Origin: Okamejei kenojei | Taxonomy: Eukaryota | Assembly (NCBI GenBank): GCA_035221665.1 | Contig: CM069148.1 | Span: 10,540,001-10,604,000 of the forward strand | DNA: 64,000 bases | Direction: 5' to 3' | Shown: piece by piece, positions 1 through 13,309 of the stretch | Numbering within the stretch: the stretch's first letter is position 1 | Layout of the letters: every line of letters begins with the position of its first letter | Notes under the pieces: model-generated | What the model saw: only the letters and a program-made list of their open reading frames with translations | What the model was told of the DNA's origin: nothing | The model's database searches: none | Translations under genes and position numbers: made by a program

Positions 1-485
1 TGCATCTTATAGAATGAGGAATCACAAGGGAGGACTTGCATTCCTTTGACTTTGGCAAAGTGTGTCAGTGGAGCAATACATCAGGTTGCAATGAATAAGT
101 AGTTTGTGTCAGATGCACAGAGGGGGCTAAAATGGATTTTAACAGTGACCTACAAAATTATAATAGTGCATTTATTTAAATTGCTCATGGAATACGTCAT
201 CTAAATTTAGCGTTGATATTTTGTTCTGACATTGTTATAGACATTAACAATGGTTAATTACCATGGTTACCGCTGTGGTAAATTCTCCAGTGTACAGCAG
301 TGCAGGACTTTACAGTGAAATTAACATCTCTCGGCTCCTGCCCTTACCTAAAAATGCTGCAGCAATGAAACAATAGTAGACAATTCGGTAAAAAAACCTC
401 AGTAAGTAAGTCAGCATTTTCTGCAGGAGACACACATGTTAATGAAAATTATAAAAACCTACAAATGCTGGAAATTTGAATCAAA

Positions 486-733
486 TACACAGAGAGTGGT
501 GAGTCTGTGGAATTCTCTGCCACAGAAGGTAGTTGAGGCCAGTTCATGGGCTATATTTAAGAGGGAGCTAGATGTGGCCCTTGTGGCTAAAGGGATCAGG
601 GAGTATGGAGAGACGGCAGGTACAGGATACTGAGTTGGATGATCAGCCATGATCATATTGAATGGCGGTGCAGGCTCGAAGGGCCGAATGGCCTACTCTT
701 GCACCTATTTTCTATGATTCTATGATTCTATGA
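486..733 (+). mobile_element. CR1/HER1-like LINE 3' end fragment with (TTCTATGA)n tail
   Basis: ORF 436..633 contains TQRVVSLWNSLPQKVVEA...FKRELD, the CR1 ORF2 C-terminus. A 3' UTR and a TTCTATGA x3 tail follow. Near-identical 3' UTR pieces recur at 19135-19282 (-), 37072-37176 (+) and 58381-58510 (-). Confidence 0.85.
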
Positions 734-3700
734 GATTGGTTAGCCAAACAGACTCAGATTTTGGGCAAAGGTAAATATCTGGAGTTAGGTCGCAGATCAG
801 TTGTGATCACGTAGAATGGGGACTTGAAGGTCTGAACTAAATTATATGCTTAATTTTATTATTTGTTGTAGATACTAATAGAATTACTTGTTTGTCGTTC
901 ATGAAATACATGAAATATTTTCACTCAAGATCAATTGGGAGATTATCCAGATCTAAATTTTATGGAGATAGTCCTTCAAACAATGTTTTAAGAAAATATT
1001 TTCTGTCAAAGGAGACATACATTGTACAATTTAGGGCTTGTCTTTAAGAAATTTTCTATTTTCTATTTGGATCTATATTTACAAAGAGATAAAACATTGT
1101 TAGGGGCTATTTGAACCTTATTTCCTGTTCCTAAACAAGTCGATTTTCCAGATCCATTGCCCTTTGATTCCCAATTGAAATTACTTTTCTAAATTCTGAA
1201 CTTAATTTGTCATTAATATTTGAGGGAAAGTATTCCACATTCAAATAACTCTTTCTATGAAAGAATGTTTATAATTTTTAATAGTCACAGACAGAATTGG
1301 CCTTCTGCGCCATCTAATTCCGTTGTGTCAAATCATAGTAGCTGTGACCACTGGTCCTGAAAAGAACAGCAGGATCTGTTAACAGATGTGGATACTTTAT
1401 AAATTTGGAAGTGTTGACTGCTGTATAGCGGCACATGTGTTGCCCTGCTTCATAACTGGATTCCATGAGGAGTCCATAGGCAGGGTCCTGTCTAGCTTGG
1501 AGTCTGCTGCGTACCACTGGGCAATCCACCTTTGCGATCAAATCCAGTCAACCTGACATTGGACTGGAGACCCAATTAATTTGAATAGGTCTTGCTATCT
1601 TTTTCACTTAATTTATGTTGATGTGGTTAATTATTTCTTAGTGCTTTGAATTAATTAATTTTAGGACCCACTTTTAAATAATTCTTATTTCTTTAAAATT
1701 TACCACCATTTTAATGGTTTAAATGCCCCTTTAGACTGTAGGTTTTCACGGGTGATGAAGCTTCTGCTGAAGGCATTCCAGGGAGGGGTGGAGTGATGTG
1801 CCCAGTAAGGCCTCAATAGTTCATTGCTTGAGACTTAACTGCTGTGGCCTTACTTTCCTCTCAAGTGACGACAGTCAGCTTGATCGGATCTCTGTATCTG
1901 GCCCCATGAAGTATAGGCAGCTGGCACAGCTCTGTTGATTGTCACCCAAGTTAGCTTTATCATCTTATTTGAGGATGTTAATTTTTTTGCCTTTGATGGA
2001 AATAGATTACCATGCCTTTTTATAACCGTAAAATTACAGCATAGCTACAGAAGAGCATAGCTCTTTACCCAATAAATACCAATATCTCTTACTGTGTGTG
2101 GGAAGAATTTCTAATTATTTGTCTACAAATATTTGAGTCGTTTTTCTGTTTTGATAAAATCCTTTCTGGTGTAGCCGCAGTGAAGGATTCACCTATTTTA
2201 TGTACAGTTGAACATCAGTGTCTGGATGCTAAGGGACACCAATCACAGTTAATAACATTGAGAAAAAATGGAATTTAATTTTGCTTAGAGGGCATGTAAT
2301 TGCATTGATGGTCAGTATTAATGCATTATAATTATTCTCTGACTGAATTTTACAGTTGTGTGTTCACAATTATTTATTAAGATTATTATTAATAAATTCT
2401 GTTATGCAACTTGATGTTCTGTGGAGATTTATATGGAGATGTGAAATTATCAGTGCTAAAATCTAAATAGCTGGCAATTTGCTATAATTATAGTAATATT
2501 TTTAAGAGGCATAACAGCTACTTAATGATTCTGTCACTTGTTTAAAAAAAACTGATTTACACCCTTTACTGGAATATTTAGATTCAATTATTAACTCTAA
2601 ATGGTGCTCATTTAAAACCCTAGAGTTCACCATTAATAGATTAAAGCTAATATGCTCAAGTAACATTGCCTTCATTGTTATTTTAGTAGAGGCTTTAACT
2701 GATTTAAAATGAACCAGTTTTAAATTAGTAAGGCAAACGCAGTAAGAATTTTCATTAACAAAACTGTGCACATGCAAGTTTATTACCCTAGTATCATATT
2801 TGAAATCCATACGTATATATTTTGTGTGTGCATGTAGGTTTTAAGAGAAAGTATGGTTGTTTAAAAAATATAAGCATAGACAATAAACCAGATCATGAAT
2901 ATTCATCCATGGTGAGCTCAAATTTATCTCACAAAACTAATTACATTTCATCACAATGAAAAAGCACTGAAGTAAATTGTACAAGGGGAAAAGTGACAAG
3001 ATAATTTTCGTCTACAGAAGTAAATTTAACTTCATTCTTTTAGATTTTAAACATTTGGATTTTAAACATTTAGCAGCTAGCATTTCCAAACATTTTAGGT
3101 TAAATATAATTATTGGCACCGCTGCCTATAATGCTTAATGCTCTTATGCTAAATTTTTAATCTGTCATTTAATGGAGGTGATAACCTGTTTATTTTAATG
3201 GAGTTGTTAATGACTGCATTCCTTTGTTCATTAATGGTATATATGTGCAGATTAATAATATTGCAAACAATTAAAAACTAATTTTCCCATATTTAAATAA
3301 GCACAGTGATTAGACATTGCCCATTTGCCACTAGGAGTTTGGTTCTTATAGAAAAGCAGTTTACTTCATATTCTGACTTGGAGTCTGTTGTGAAATCAGT
3401 TTGGTATTTCCAATCCAGTTCCTCAGGTGAATGGGTCCATGGCATATTAGACCCTTTTTGCATTATATGGCCTGCTGAACTGACACTGTTTAATAAAGTT
3501 TATTAAAGATTGTTGTTTAAAAGAAGAATTAGGTGGAATGATGGAAAGTTGCTGATTGCAGTAGGAGTGTTTTGGTATTAAAAGCACAACAATGGGCAGA
3601 TTGGAGCGAACAGCATTATGGATTTGTTGTGTGTATATGTTCTGAGTAATCCTGTTATTCTGTTCCCAGTTGGCGTTTTCCCCTGTCACTTATCAATAAC

Positions 3701-6700
3701 TTCATTTTCACTTGATTCTTCTCCCCCACTTGGCTACATTCCTGAGCATTCATATCTTCAAGGCCTCCCTTATGAATGAACAACAAAAATGCTTTCTTCC
3801 TGTATGTGTTCCCTTCTGAAAAAGCACATGGGAACCTGGGCTTTACAAACAGACGTAGCACAAAAACAAGGGAGATAATCCCCATAAAACGCTGATTTGG
3901 CCACAGCTAGTGCATTGTGTCAATTCTAGTCACTGCATTAAAGTTTAACAAAAAAATCAGTTATAAGATTTTAAGATATGCAGACAGTCTGGAGAATTTC
4001 GGATTGTTCTTACAAGACCGAATTGAGAAATAATTTTGTACAAGTGTTAAATAGCATCAAATATTTAGACAAAATAAATACAGGGATTCATCATTCATGG
4101 CAGAAGGGTTGAGAACTAGACACACATTTAAGATGATTGGCAAAACACCCAGGGATGACAGGAGAAAAATCTTTCAGTCGGGGATGTCACTTTCATTTCA
4201 CTTCTTGAAAGGGTGGTGGAATGGATTCAGTCACATTTAAAGGAGGAGTGGTTTGGATTGACAAAGGTTGCTAAAAGTAGCTAGGTCATGGAACTAAGAG
4301 TGAAGTGCTTGTGCAGATTGAAAGGGTTAAATGACATTATTTCATGCTGACACAATTCAAAGAGTGCTTAAACAAGGTACTAAGTGCCTCTGATGGACAA
4401 TATTGTATTCCCTAGTAACATTTCTTACTTTGGAAAAATCTTTAATGGAAAGAAAACTGGTCAATTGATTAAAATTGTTGTTTTGTGTACAAATTGATGC
4501 TGGTAATCTGTATATAGACAAAAACCCTGTTTGTCTTTTTACAATTTCAGTTCTTCTCATTATGTTTAGTTTAGTTATCAGTCTTTTTCTATATAATGTT
4601 CAGTTTCTATTAAAGCATGACTCCTCCAGGTGCTCCAAACTCCTGTAATTTGTCCCTAAAATGTAGGTAAGTGGTAGAATCTGGAGGGGTTCGTGACAAC
4701 GTGATAATAAAATGGATTTGTATAATTATATTAGGTGCATAAAGGCTGGTGTAGTCTTGTTAGGCTGAAGGTTTGCTTCCTAGCTGTATCATTCTCTGAC
4801 CGAGACAGAATCCTATACATGAACGCATAAGAATAGATGGAAATATTAAAGGAGTTGTATTCTTAAAGAATATTTTTTAGTAAAGTTTACCTAAGAATGT
4901 TCGCAGTTCCTTTGTTGGGATTATGCATTGCATTACACAACGCAGACTTCATTTGATTGCATTAAAGTTGTTAGGTAGAGCTATAATATGATTGGGATTA
5001 GGTATGGATTGCAGCATAAATCAGGGAAATCGTTAATTGTACATCCCAGAAGATTTGCAAGATTAATGGGAGGCATTATGTTCTTTGATATGGAACCGTG
5101 TTCCACAATTTTCTGTTTGTTATCAGATTGTTTGTCCAGATCCAATCCCATCCCGTCCCATCAATTCATTTAAGTCATAGAATCATACAACATTGAAACA
5201 GGGCTTGTGATCCAACTTGATCATGCTGACCAGCTTGCCTACCTGAGTTACATTTAATTGTGTGCATTTGGCCCATAGTCCTCCAAACCTTCCCTATCCA
5301 GGTGTCCTTTAAATGTTGTAATCTATAATTGTTTGTCACAAACTGTAACAAACTTTGTTCATTCATGACCAATTGCTTTCCCTTCTTGGTACCAATGGGT
5401 TGAATTGTGATGGAGGTCATATGGACCTTGGATTGATTTTTCGACTCAATTTCTTCTCCATCTTAAACATTGTCTGTAACACTGTCTGCATCTGGCCTTG
5501 CCTTAGCATAGCCAGTGCTCAAAGTCTAGGTATTGGTTTCTTCTAAACAAATATTCCGATTTTCACTTGGCTGAACTCTCATCTTCCATACATGTTAAGT
5601 GTCATCTTTAGTTCTTGCATTTTAATGCACATCAAATTAATTCTTTACTCTGTACTCACTCACCAATATTGTTTTTTAATCCATCAAGTTATTAATTTTA
5701 CAATGTTTATCCTTGTGTTAAAGTCTTTCCATGGCCTTGCTCTGCCCTACCCTAAGACTGTAATATTTTCCAGTTTTCTCAAGATCCCAGCAATCTTCAA
5801 AATCTAGCATCTTAGTGCGTGCCAAATCTAGGCACCCATGCCTTAAGCTCTCTATTCCTCAGTTCTGGAATGCCATCTGTAAACCTCTTCACCTACCTCT
5901 GAGATTATTTTTGAAGACTGTTGCCAAAAAAATATAGCTCCTTGTATAATGGAGAATTTACTATTTAATAAATGAGGAAGGAAATTGGCATATCTATAAA
6001 AACACATTCTTGAGAATGAATGCTAAATAGTATCATGATTAATTGTATATGAAGAAAAGCATTCTTCAGTATTTCAGTGTAATATTTGTGCTACAAACAT
6101 GATGTATTATAATCTAAATTACTCCCTCGTGAACACTGAGTACGGAAAGAACATGCTAAGACAATAATGGCATCTGTACTTAGGAACTAACTTTACAAAA
6201 TATTATTCCTCTCGCAAATATCAACATGCACTTTAAAATTACAACCTATTTCATTTTCTTTTGAAATGTTATTTGTGTGAGCTAGCATAATTTAAAAAAT
6301 AGTTGCAATATTAATATTCTGCTTACTAGCAGATTTTCACAGGACTACAGATTCAGTGGTAATTTTCATTTTGTTTTGAAAATGATAACATTTCTTTCAC
6401 CTTAGAATCTGTTTGAGGCAACATCATTTTTAGTTACTTGGGATAAGATTTGGCTGATATTATTAATGCAAGATGAAGGAGATGCATTACTGTTTCTGAA
6501 AAATATGATACAATTATTAAATGTTGATCGCCATTTTGTAGGTTAAGAATTTTTTATGGGCCAAGTACATTAAAAATAAGGAGCCAAATAAGTAAATGGA
6601 CTTGGCCGACAGATCACCTTGAATTTACTAAAAGCTGAATATGTTTGATGGACTGAATGGTCTCTTCTTGTTACTGTTTACAGTCCTTCTATGTTATAAT

Positions 6701-7447
6701 GTTGGCTACTGCTTGCTGCATTGTTATATTATTATTCACAAATGCAAATATAGTAACATTCTGCATTTCATGTTTTAAATAGGAAATAGATGCAGAAAAT
6801 GCAGTTTGTAGTGCCATACAAAATTAAACTTATTTGTACCATTATTTGATTTAGTCCAGAGCAGTTGAACAATTGTAATGCGATAAGAAGGAATTCCAGT
6901 TTTTTGGAGAAAAGCTAAACAGACCAAACATTTTCCTGATAAAACTATTACTGTGCTGAATGCTTAGTTGAATATGATGGCATCATCAAGAATCCTTGAT
7001 GCTATCAGAGAGCTACATTCATAACCTCTGCCGTTTGTCTGAGTAAATGTCAATGTGCTCAAGGAGAGAAGGATATAAAGCAGACTACCCTGCTACAGAA
7101 AGGGAGCGGGTGGGGGAGAAAAGGGCAGCATATTTATGGCTTGAAGTTCCATAAGTTGTCATTAATTGAGATCAAAGCGCAGAGCATTTATTTTTTTACA
7201 CCCATCAGTTCAAACAGGAGAGTAAATTAATGATTTATATTTAAATTATTCTTGCGCAATTGAAATGCAAACAATTGAAGTAGAAGGACTAGGTATAAGC
7301 ACCGTTGACTTGCCACAGACTTGTTTTTGTTTGCATGTGCTGATTTGTTTAGATTTTTTGTTTTATTAAAAAATAAATAAAAGGGGATGGCATTTTCAAA
7401 GTGGATGATATTCAAATGACCTATTGTACACTTTTGTCTGTATTCAG

Positions 7448-7576
7448 GAACTGGAGAAAGTAACTGCGGACTTGATAAGATCCAAGGTCACTTCTCAGTA
7501 CAATCTGGGCGAAGACAACATCCATCTTACAACACAGCAACAACAGCTGCAAGAACTGAAGCAGAAACTGCAGATG
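7448..7576 (+). CDS. CCDC73: CCDC73 coding exon (first visible; upstream exons lie outside the window or were not recognised)
   Basis: ttcag|GAA...ATG|gt, 129 bp, phase 0-0. ELEKVTADLIRSKVTSQYNLGEDNIHLTTQQQQLQELKQKLQM aligns by eye to human [43 protein letters not shown]. Confidence 0.93.
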
Positions 7577-8478
7577 GTTTCATAATAAACTGAAATTTTA
7601 ATCACTATGTACTATTTAAATGGCACTAAGTAGATTATGGCACTAAGCGCAAATTATTTTGCAGTGTGTTTCCTCAGGATTCATTTAATATATATATTTT
7701 GTTACTTCTAAATATAGAATGGGGATAATCTTGTCTGCGATTCTGGCAGGCTGGTGATGGCAAATAGGCATCTTAATTTATTCTCTCTTGTAGTGTTAGA
7801 ATCACTGTATTTTGAATGGAAATGATTTTTTCAATTCACCCTCATTATGATTTTTAATTTGAGAATTAAAATTATGTCTAATGCCATGAAAGTAAAATAA
7901 TATATTATCAGCAACAAATTTAATAATGTTTTAAAAAATCACCTCCATCTCCAAAAAGAGACCTTATTTACTGTGGCACAGGATTTAGGAGCAGGGGCTG
8001 ATGTAGTAAAATAATTACTTTTTTTCTACCACTCTATCACTACCCTTATCAAATCTTTTTTTTATCAACGCATTGACGCGGTGTAGTAGATGCATACCAG
8101 TTACCCATGCCGTCATTTGCCTCCATAAGACTGGCCAAGGGTAGCTCTGGAACCTTTGCAGTTGCTCTTGCAATCATAAATTGAGGATATGTGGAAATGA
8201 TACATGGTGAAAAGTTGGGCAAGGCCTATTTTTGTAAGCTCCTATCTCCCTCCACACTTCCTCAAGGTACTATTGTCTCACTGAGTAGCATTGCCGGTTT
8301 TAATATGCTTGCATGGGCTACATTTCTCAGATTAGCTCTAAGACTAGAAACTCTGAGATCTTATCTGATGCATTGCTTGTTAGACTGGTTCAGAATTATT
8401 TAAATAGTAATTTTAGGCTGACCTTGGTCAAACTGATTGTGCAAGAATTTATTAACTTTTACATATGTTTTTGCATAG

Positions 8479-8538
8479 GAAATTGAATTAAACAAGAAGC
8501 TGTCTAAAGATACATCAGCTGTTCAAGAAGAGAAACAG
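8479..8538 (+). CDS. CCDC73: CCDC73 coding exon
   Basis: catag|GAA...CAG|gt, 60 bp. EIELNKKLSKDTSAVQEEKQ vs human [20 protein letters not shown]. Confidence 0.92.
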
Positions 8539-8659
8539 GTTGGGTTAAAACCATTTAGTAACTGAATTAATCTTATTTATGAGCTGAAATATTCATAAGA
8601 GTTTACTGCAATTTTAGCATTTAATTTTTAAGCCTGAATTGTCATATGTATTCTCAACC

Positions 8660-9300
8660 TACACATAGAACGGTTCAGCAGAGAAACAGGTAATTCGACA
8701 CACATTGTCCATGCCCAACATACATCTCCTCTGACTGCATGCGTCAATTCCCTGCATTTTCCTAGTGCCTTAAATGCCACTCTCATGTCTGCTTCCACCA
8801 TCACCCCTGGCAGCGCATTTCCAGGAACCCATCACACTGTGTGTGAAAATAAAACTTTCTCCGTACATTTCCTTTAAACTTTCCACCCCCCTTTCTCAAT
8901 CTTCAAGTCTTCAGGATTTCCAACTTGGGGGAAAAAGGTTCTATCTACTCTATGCTCTCATAATTTTAGGTAGACATAATGTTATATATTTTTAGTTCGT
9001 CCCCCCTCAAATTCCAATGCTGCACGGAAACCAATCTGAGTTTGTCCAACCTCTCCTTATAGCTAATACCTTTTAATCCAGGCATCATTCTGATGAATCT
9101 CTTCTGCAGCCTCTCACCCTCTCCAAAGCTTCCACATCTTTCTAGTAATGGGGCAACCGAAACGGCATACAAAACTGCAAATGAGGCATAACATGACCTT
9201 GTACTCAATTAAGTACTCGATCAATGAAGGCAAGCATGCCGTTCGTCTTATTTGCCACTCCATGTATTTACATTGCCACTTTCAGGGAGCTATGGACTTG
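8660..9300 (-). mobile_element. CR1-like LINE 3' fragment (degenerate)
   Basis: ORF 8966..9208 contains ERLQKRFIRMMPGLKGISYKERLDKLRL (CR1 ORF2 C-terminal region). Boundaries approximate. Confidence 0.8.
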
Positions 9301-10280
9301 TAGGACATGCTCGTGATTGCTAACATATTTGCAACTGTAAGTAGACTGATGGGAAAACACAGTTGTACTTTTTGTTTATCTACCTATACCATCAATAGCA
9401 AAAACTTGACCATGCTTATTAATTCTTTATATTATTCTATTCTTTCATTCAGAGCATTCTTGACCACAGCAATAAATAAAATAAATATTCACTAACATTC
9501 TTCAGAGCCATGTTACGGCTTTAAGGGGATGTTATACTGCAGCTAATCAGGTAGCATTCCCTTGAGCTCTTTGTATTTAATTCATTAAATAATTTAGTTG
9601 TATAATGATGTGTCACATGTTAGGAATAGAGCACAGTTTTAAACAAATATTTCTGCATATTCTATTTGTGGTTTCTGTTTATTCCTGACAATTTAGTTAG
9701 TGCTGAAAATTTTTCATGAATATTCAATGTTAAAATTTGACTAAGATTGGTTTAGTCTTGTGGGGGAAATATTGTGTGGAATTCTAAATAATGGTAATTT
9801 AGTATAACCAAGATTTCCATTAAACTGAAGTCAGTTAGCACAAAATAATCTAATCGGGAATTGTCTGGGATAATTTTGAGCATTTGATGTGCACAAAGTT
9901 TAAATGCAATGACCTGCAGAATATTTCACAAATCCTGCTTTAATTGGCTGGGGCACAGAGTTCCTGTCAGATATTTTGATTGAAATGTGTGCTGAATCTT
10001 TTGAGCCAACAGAGGGATGTGGCAAATATCCACAGTATGGCATAAACCGACCCATACTGAATAGCTGGAGCCTGGCTCTGCTTTCCTCTGGTAACTGTAC
10101 CCCAACTAACTCCCACTAATAAATTAATGAATCATTTCCAGCAATTGGTCAAGTGATTATATTGTTAAATATAATTGATAATTTGATTAAATTTGATCAT
10201 TTGTTAAATTTACTGGGAAAGAAAGATAGCTTAGTTTCCCATCTAAAGCTTGCTTAATGTTGCAAGATTGAATTGAATCA

Positions 10281-10418
10281 TCTTCTTCTTCCGTATGGCG
10301 TGCACAGCCTAAAGCTGTAGGACAACTTGTTCTATTTGATCCTATTTGATTGTACATGCCGGGTTAATTGCATTTGTTGAAACAGGCGGACAACGTGAAG
10401 GTTGCAATCTTCCACCCC
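10281..10418 (-). mobile_element. Short SINE-like retroelement with (GAA)n tail and HDV-like ribozyme head
   Basis: ~140 bp. The - strand ends in GAAGAAGAAGA. The element is flanked by an imperfect direct repeat (ttgaattgaatca / ttgaactgaataa) consistent with an aged TSD. No tRNA A/B box at the head. Confidence 0.75.
10367..10418 (-). ncRNA. Minimal HDV-like self-cleaving ribozyme (slightly mutated copy)
   Basis: The - strand reads GGGGTGG-AAG-ATTGCA-ACC-TTCACGT-TGT-CCGCCT-G-TTTCAA-CAAA-TGCAAT. This maps to P1, J1/2, P2, P3, L3, P3', P1', P1.1, mini-P4, J4/2 with catalytic C, and P2', in the correct nested double-pseudoknot order. Confidence 0.7.
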
Positions 10419-10987
10419 GAGTTGAACTGAATAATATCAAACAAAGCACAAGGAGTCCATTCAGCCCAACATGCCTATGACGTCTCTCAACAAAATATTC
10501 TGTGTTCCTTGCTCTTCTTCTTATCCAGTCCACACACAAGATTAGAAGTTGTTCAGCCAGAGCTGAACACACTTCTCGGCATTTGCATACAATGGTGTCT
10601 GCCCAGCGCTTCTTGTGCGTGGTGATGGAAAGATTGGTGGAAACAGGGCCGCTACGTGAACACTCTTTCCTTGAGCCCTTCCTTGCTCTGACCCATTGGT
10701 CTTGTATTTTCCTTTTCACAAGTATATTTTGAAGCTGATTCTTCAATGTATTATGTGCGTGAAATAAACATTATCAGCATTTCACCTCTGGCAATCATTT
10801 TCCAAATAACCTGGAAATGTTTTCTCCCAATCTAAATAAATGTTTTATCATTTTAAAATGTATCCTTTGCTATTGTTATCTTAGGAGAATACTCGCAAAT
10901 GACCTTGTCTCTTCTCATAATCAAAGTCCTGTTTCCTAATTTAACTGTAGTAAATCACTTGCACTACTATAGTAAAATCTTTCTCCC

Positions 10988-11821
10988 CTTTCCTACCTAC
11001 TCTAAGTTCAGCTCTCTCGCCATTGTTTTGTTCATGACTGCTTCTGTTCCTGTTCGTTTAAAGTTATATGGAAATCACTTTCCAGAGACTTGTGCTGCCA
11101 AAAAATGCATACAATATTCTACTGAGGCCTAATCAGTGATTTAGTCAATTTTAGGATTATTTGGTTTTGTGCTTTATTCTTCCATTTATTCAGCTAAATA
11201 TCTCATTCCTTTTTCTAAAAGGCTTGTTAACATATTGTGCCTCCTTCAAAGATATATATGTGAAGCTCTGAATCTCACAATTACTCCCCCTTTTTTACTG
11301 CCATTGAATGTTTAAAATTCTGCAGTATTCTTTAATGATGAGCACTAAATTCTCCAAATCTTCTATGAATATTTATTCAAAAAACAGATTGACTTATTCA
11401 TCTCTTTCCTACTTGCTGTATGTGACATAGGTACCTTTCTCATGTCTACATAATAGCTGTTTTATTGCTTTGTGAAATATTTTGCAATGTTCCTGTCAAT
11501 ACAGTTCTCAGTTAAATGAACAGTGAGGTTATTCTGAAAGCAATTAAGTTGTGGGCTTACTTATCAGCTGTAAGTTAAATTCATAGTTTTCATTGTGTGA
11601 GCTGTCACCACAAGTGGGAGTCGGGTTGTACCAGGAAGAGAGCTGCCAGCAAGAATCGGGTCAGAAGTTGGGTTGGACTACTGAGTTAATAATTGGCATT
11701 TGGCTGCATCTCTTGCACCGGTCTTTCCACCCCCATACGCTCTTTCACCTCTTTCCTACCTCTTCAGCTCTCTCGCCATTTTCTGTTCATGACTGCTTCT
11801 GTTCGTGTTCGGTTTAAAGTT
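10988..11821. repeat. Dispersed ~75-bp direct repeat (10988-11065 and 11751-11821)
   Basis: CTTTCCTACCT...TTCAGCTCTCTCGCCATT..TGTTCATGACTGCTTCTGTTC.TGTTCG.TTTAAAGTT occurs twice, ~760 bp apart. Confidence 0.85.
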
Positions 11822-12499
11822 GAATATTTTCGTTTATAGAATTGGCTGGTGTGATGCTTGCGGATGATTTCAGTGTTTATTTCTCTTCCGCATGGGGAAT
11901 AAATGTAATCAAGATTTAACAATTCTTTTGTGCACAGGTTAATATAACCTGTAAAATTGTAGAAAATAAAACTTACCGATTTCAATCAGTTTTGCTCAGT
12001 TTGTATACTCACATCTGCTTTTTCAGCTATTTGAATTAAATATTGTATTAACACTGTTTAATTCAGAGTTTGTTTAGGTTTTGTTTTCATTTTATCCCTG
12101 ACTTAAAATTTATTGGGTTTAAATTATATATTTCCCAAATATCTATGATGGAGCATTTTTAAATAGCTACATCATTGTCTAATTTTCAAATTAGATCCTA
12201 AGACTTGAGAATCAAATGGCAGCTGGCTAATTATTGATTCAAGAATTTGCCTAAATGTTCGCAAATTATAAAATAATCCAAACCCATACATTTTGACTGT
12301 TCCCTTGATATCTAAAACTTACAATAGCATACCTAAAAGTGTATATTTGAACTATCAAGCTGTATACATACATTTTGGTGAATATAAGAAACATGCTCAG
12401 CAGAAGAAAACACATGTTTGTTAGGTTCCAGAGGACATTCTGTGCTCTTCATGTTACATTAAAAGTAAATTAACATTTAAAGTGCTTTGTTTCCATCAG

Positions 12500-12604
12500 G
12501 AAGTTTTGAAGTTGTTTCAACAAACTCAACAGCTGCTACAACGGCAGGAACTGGCTCTTGGGCGAGCAGAAAAGGAGCTGAAACATTTTGGGGAGAAGCA
12601 TCAG
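12500..12604 (+). CDS. CCDC73: CCDC73 coding exon
   Basis: catcag|GAA...CAG|gtcaga, 105 bp. EVLKLFQQTQQLLQRQELALGRAEKELKHFGEKHQ vs human [35 protein letters not shown] (same 35-aa length). Confidence 0.9.
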
Positions 12605-12717
12605 GTCAGAATGTTTATAGTGTACATTTTTATTGATGTGTAATTTTCCAACGGTACTTTATGATTGATTAATTGTGCATGGTTTTTGAGCACTGAAAAT
12701 CAACTATTTTAAAACAT

Positions 12718-13118
12718 TTTAGAACAGAGAACGGTACAGCACAGGAGCAGGCTCTTCGGGCCACAATGTCTGTGTAGAATATAATGCTAAGGTAAACTAA
12801 TCGCCTCTGCCTGCACATGATTCATGTTTCTCCATTCCCTGATTATCCATATGTCTATCTGAAAGCCACTTAAACACCGCCCCTGGCCGGAGCTTCCAAA
12901 CACCTGTGTAAAACAACAACTGTTCCGCTCATCTTTGCCCACTTCACATTAAAGGTATGCTCACTAGTCTTTGACATTTCTACCCTGGGAAAAAGATTCT
13001 GATTGTCTGTACCTCTCATAATTTTATATTCTATCAGGTCCCCCGTTAAACTATGGCATTCCAGAGAAAATATTCCATGTCTATCAAACCTCTTCGCATG
13101 GCTAATACCTGCTAATCA
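12718..13118 (-). mobile_element. CR1-like LINE 3' fragment
   Basis: Similar to the CR1 3' ends at 8660-9300 and 30917-31074. Boundaries approximate. Confidence 0.7.
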
Positions 13119-13309
13119 TCCCCAAAAATTCTCCTCCCTTCATAGAATAATCAAGGGCAGCGAGCATAATACTGAGTCAAACCTATCTTCATCTAACTTC
13201 TCATCTGCATGATCATTCATTTCAGCCAATAATTTATTTCTTCCATTTTGTATTAATTTTAAATGGAGTCACTAACACAAAACTAATTTGTCCATAGTAT
13301 CTAGAACGG

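Noticed and set aside
291-403. Possible additional CCDC73 exon (ctccag ... gtaagt)
   Set aside because: All three frames contain stops, and there is no similarity to the expected upstream peptide.
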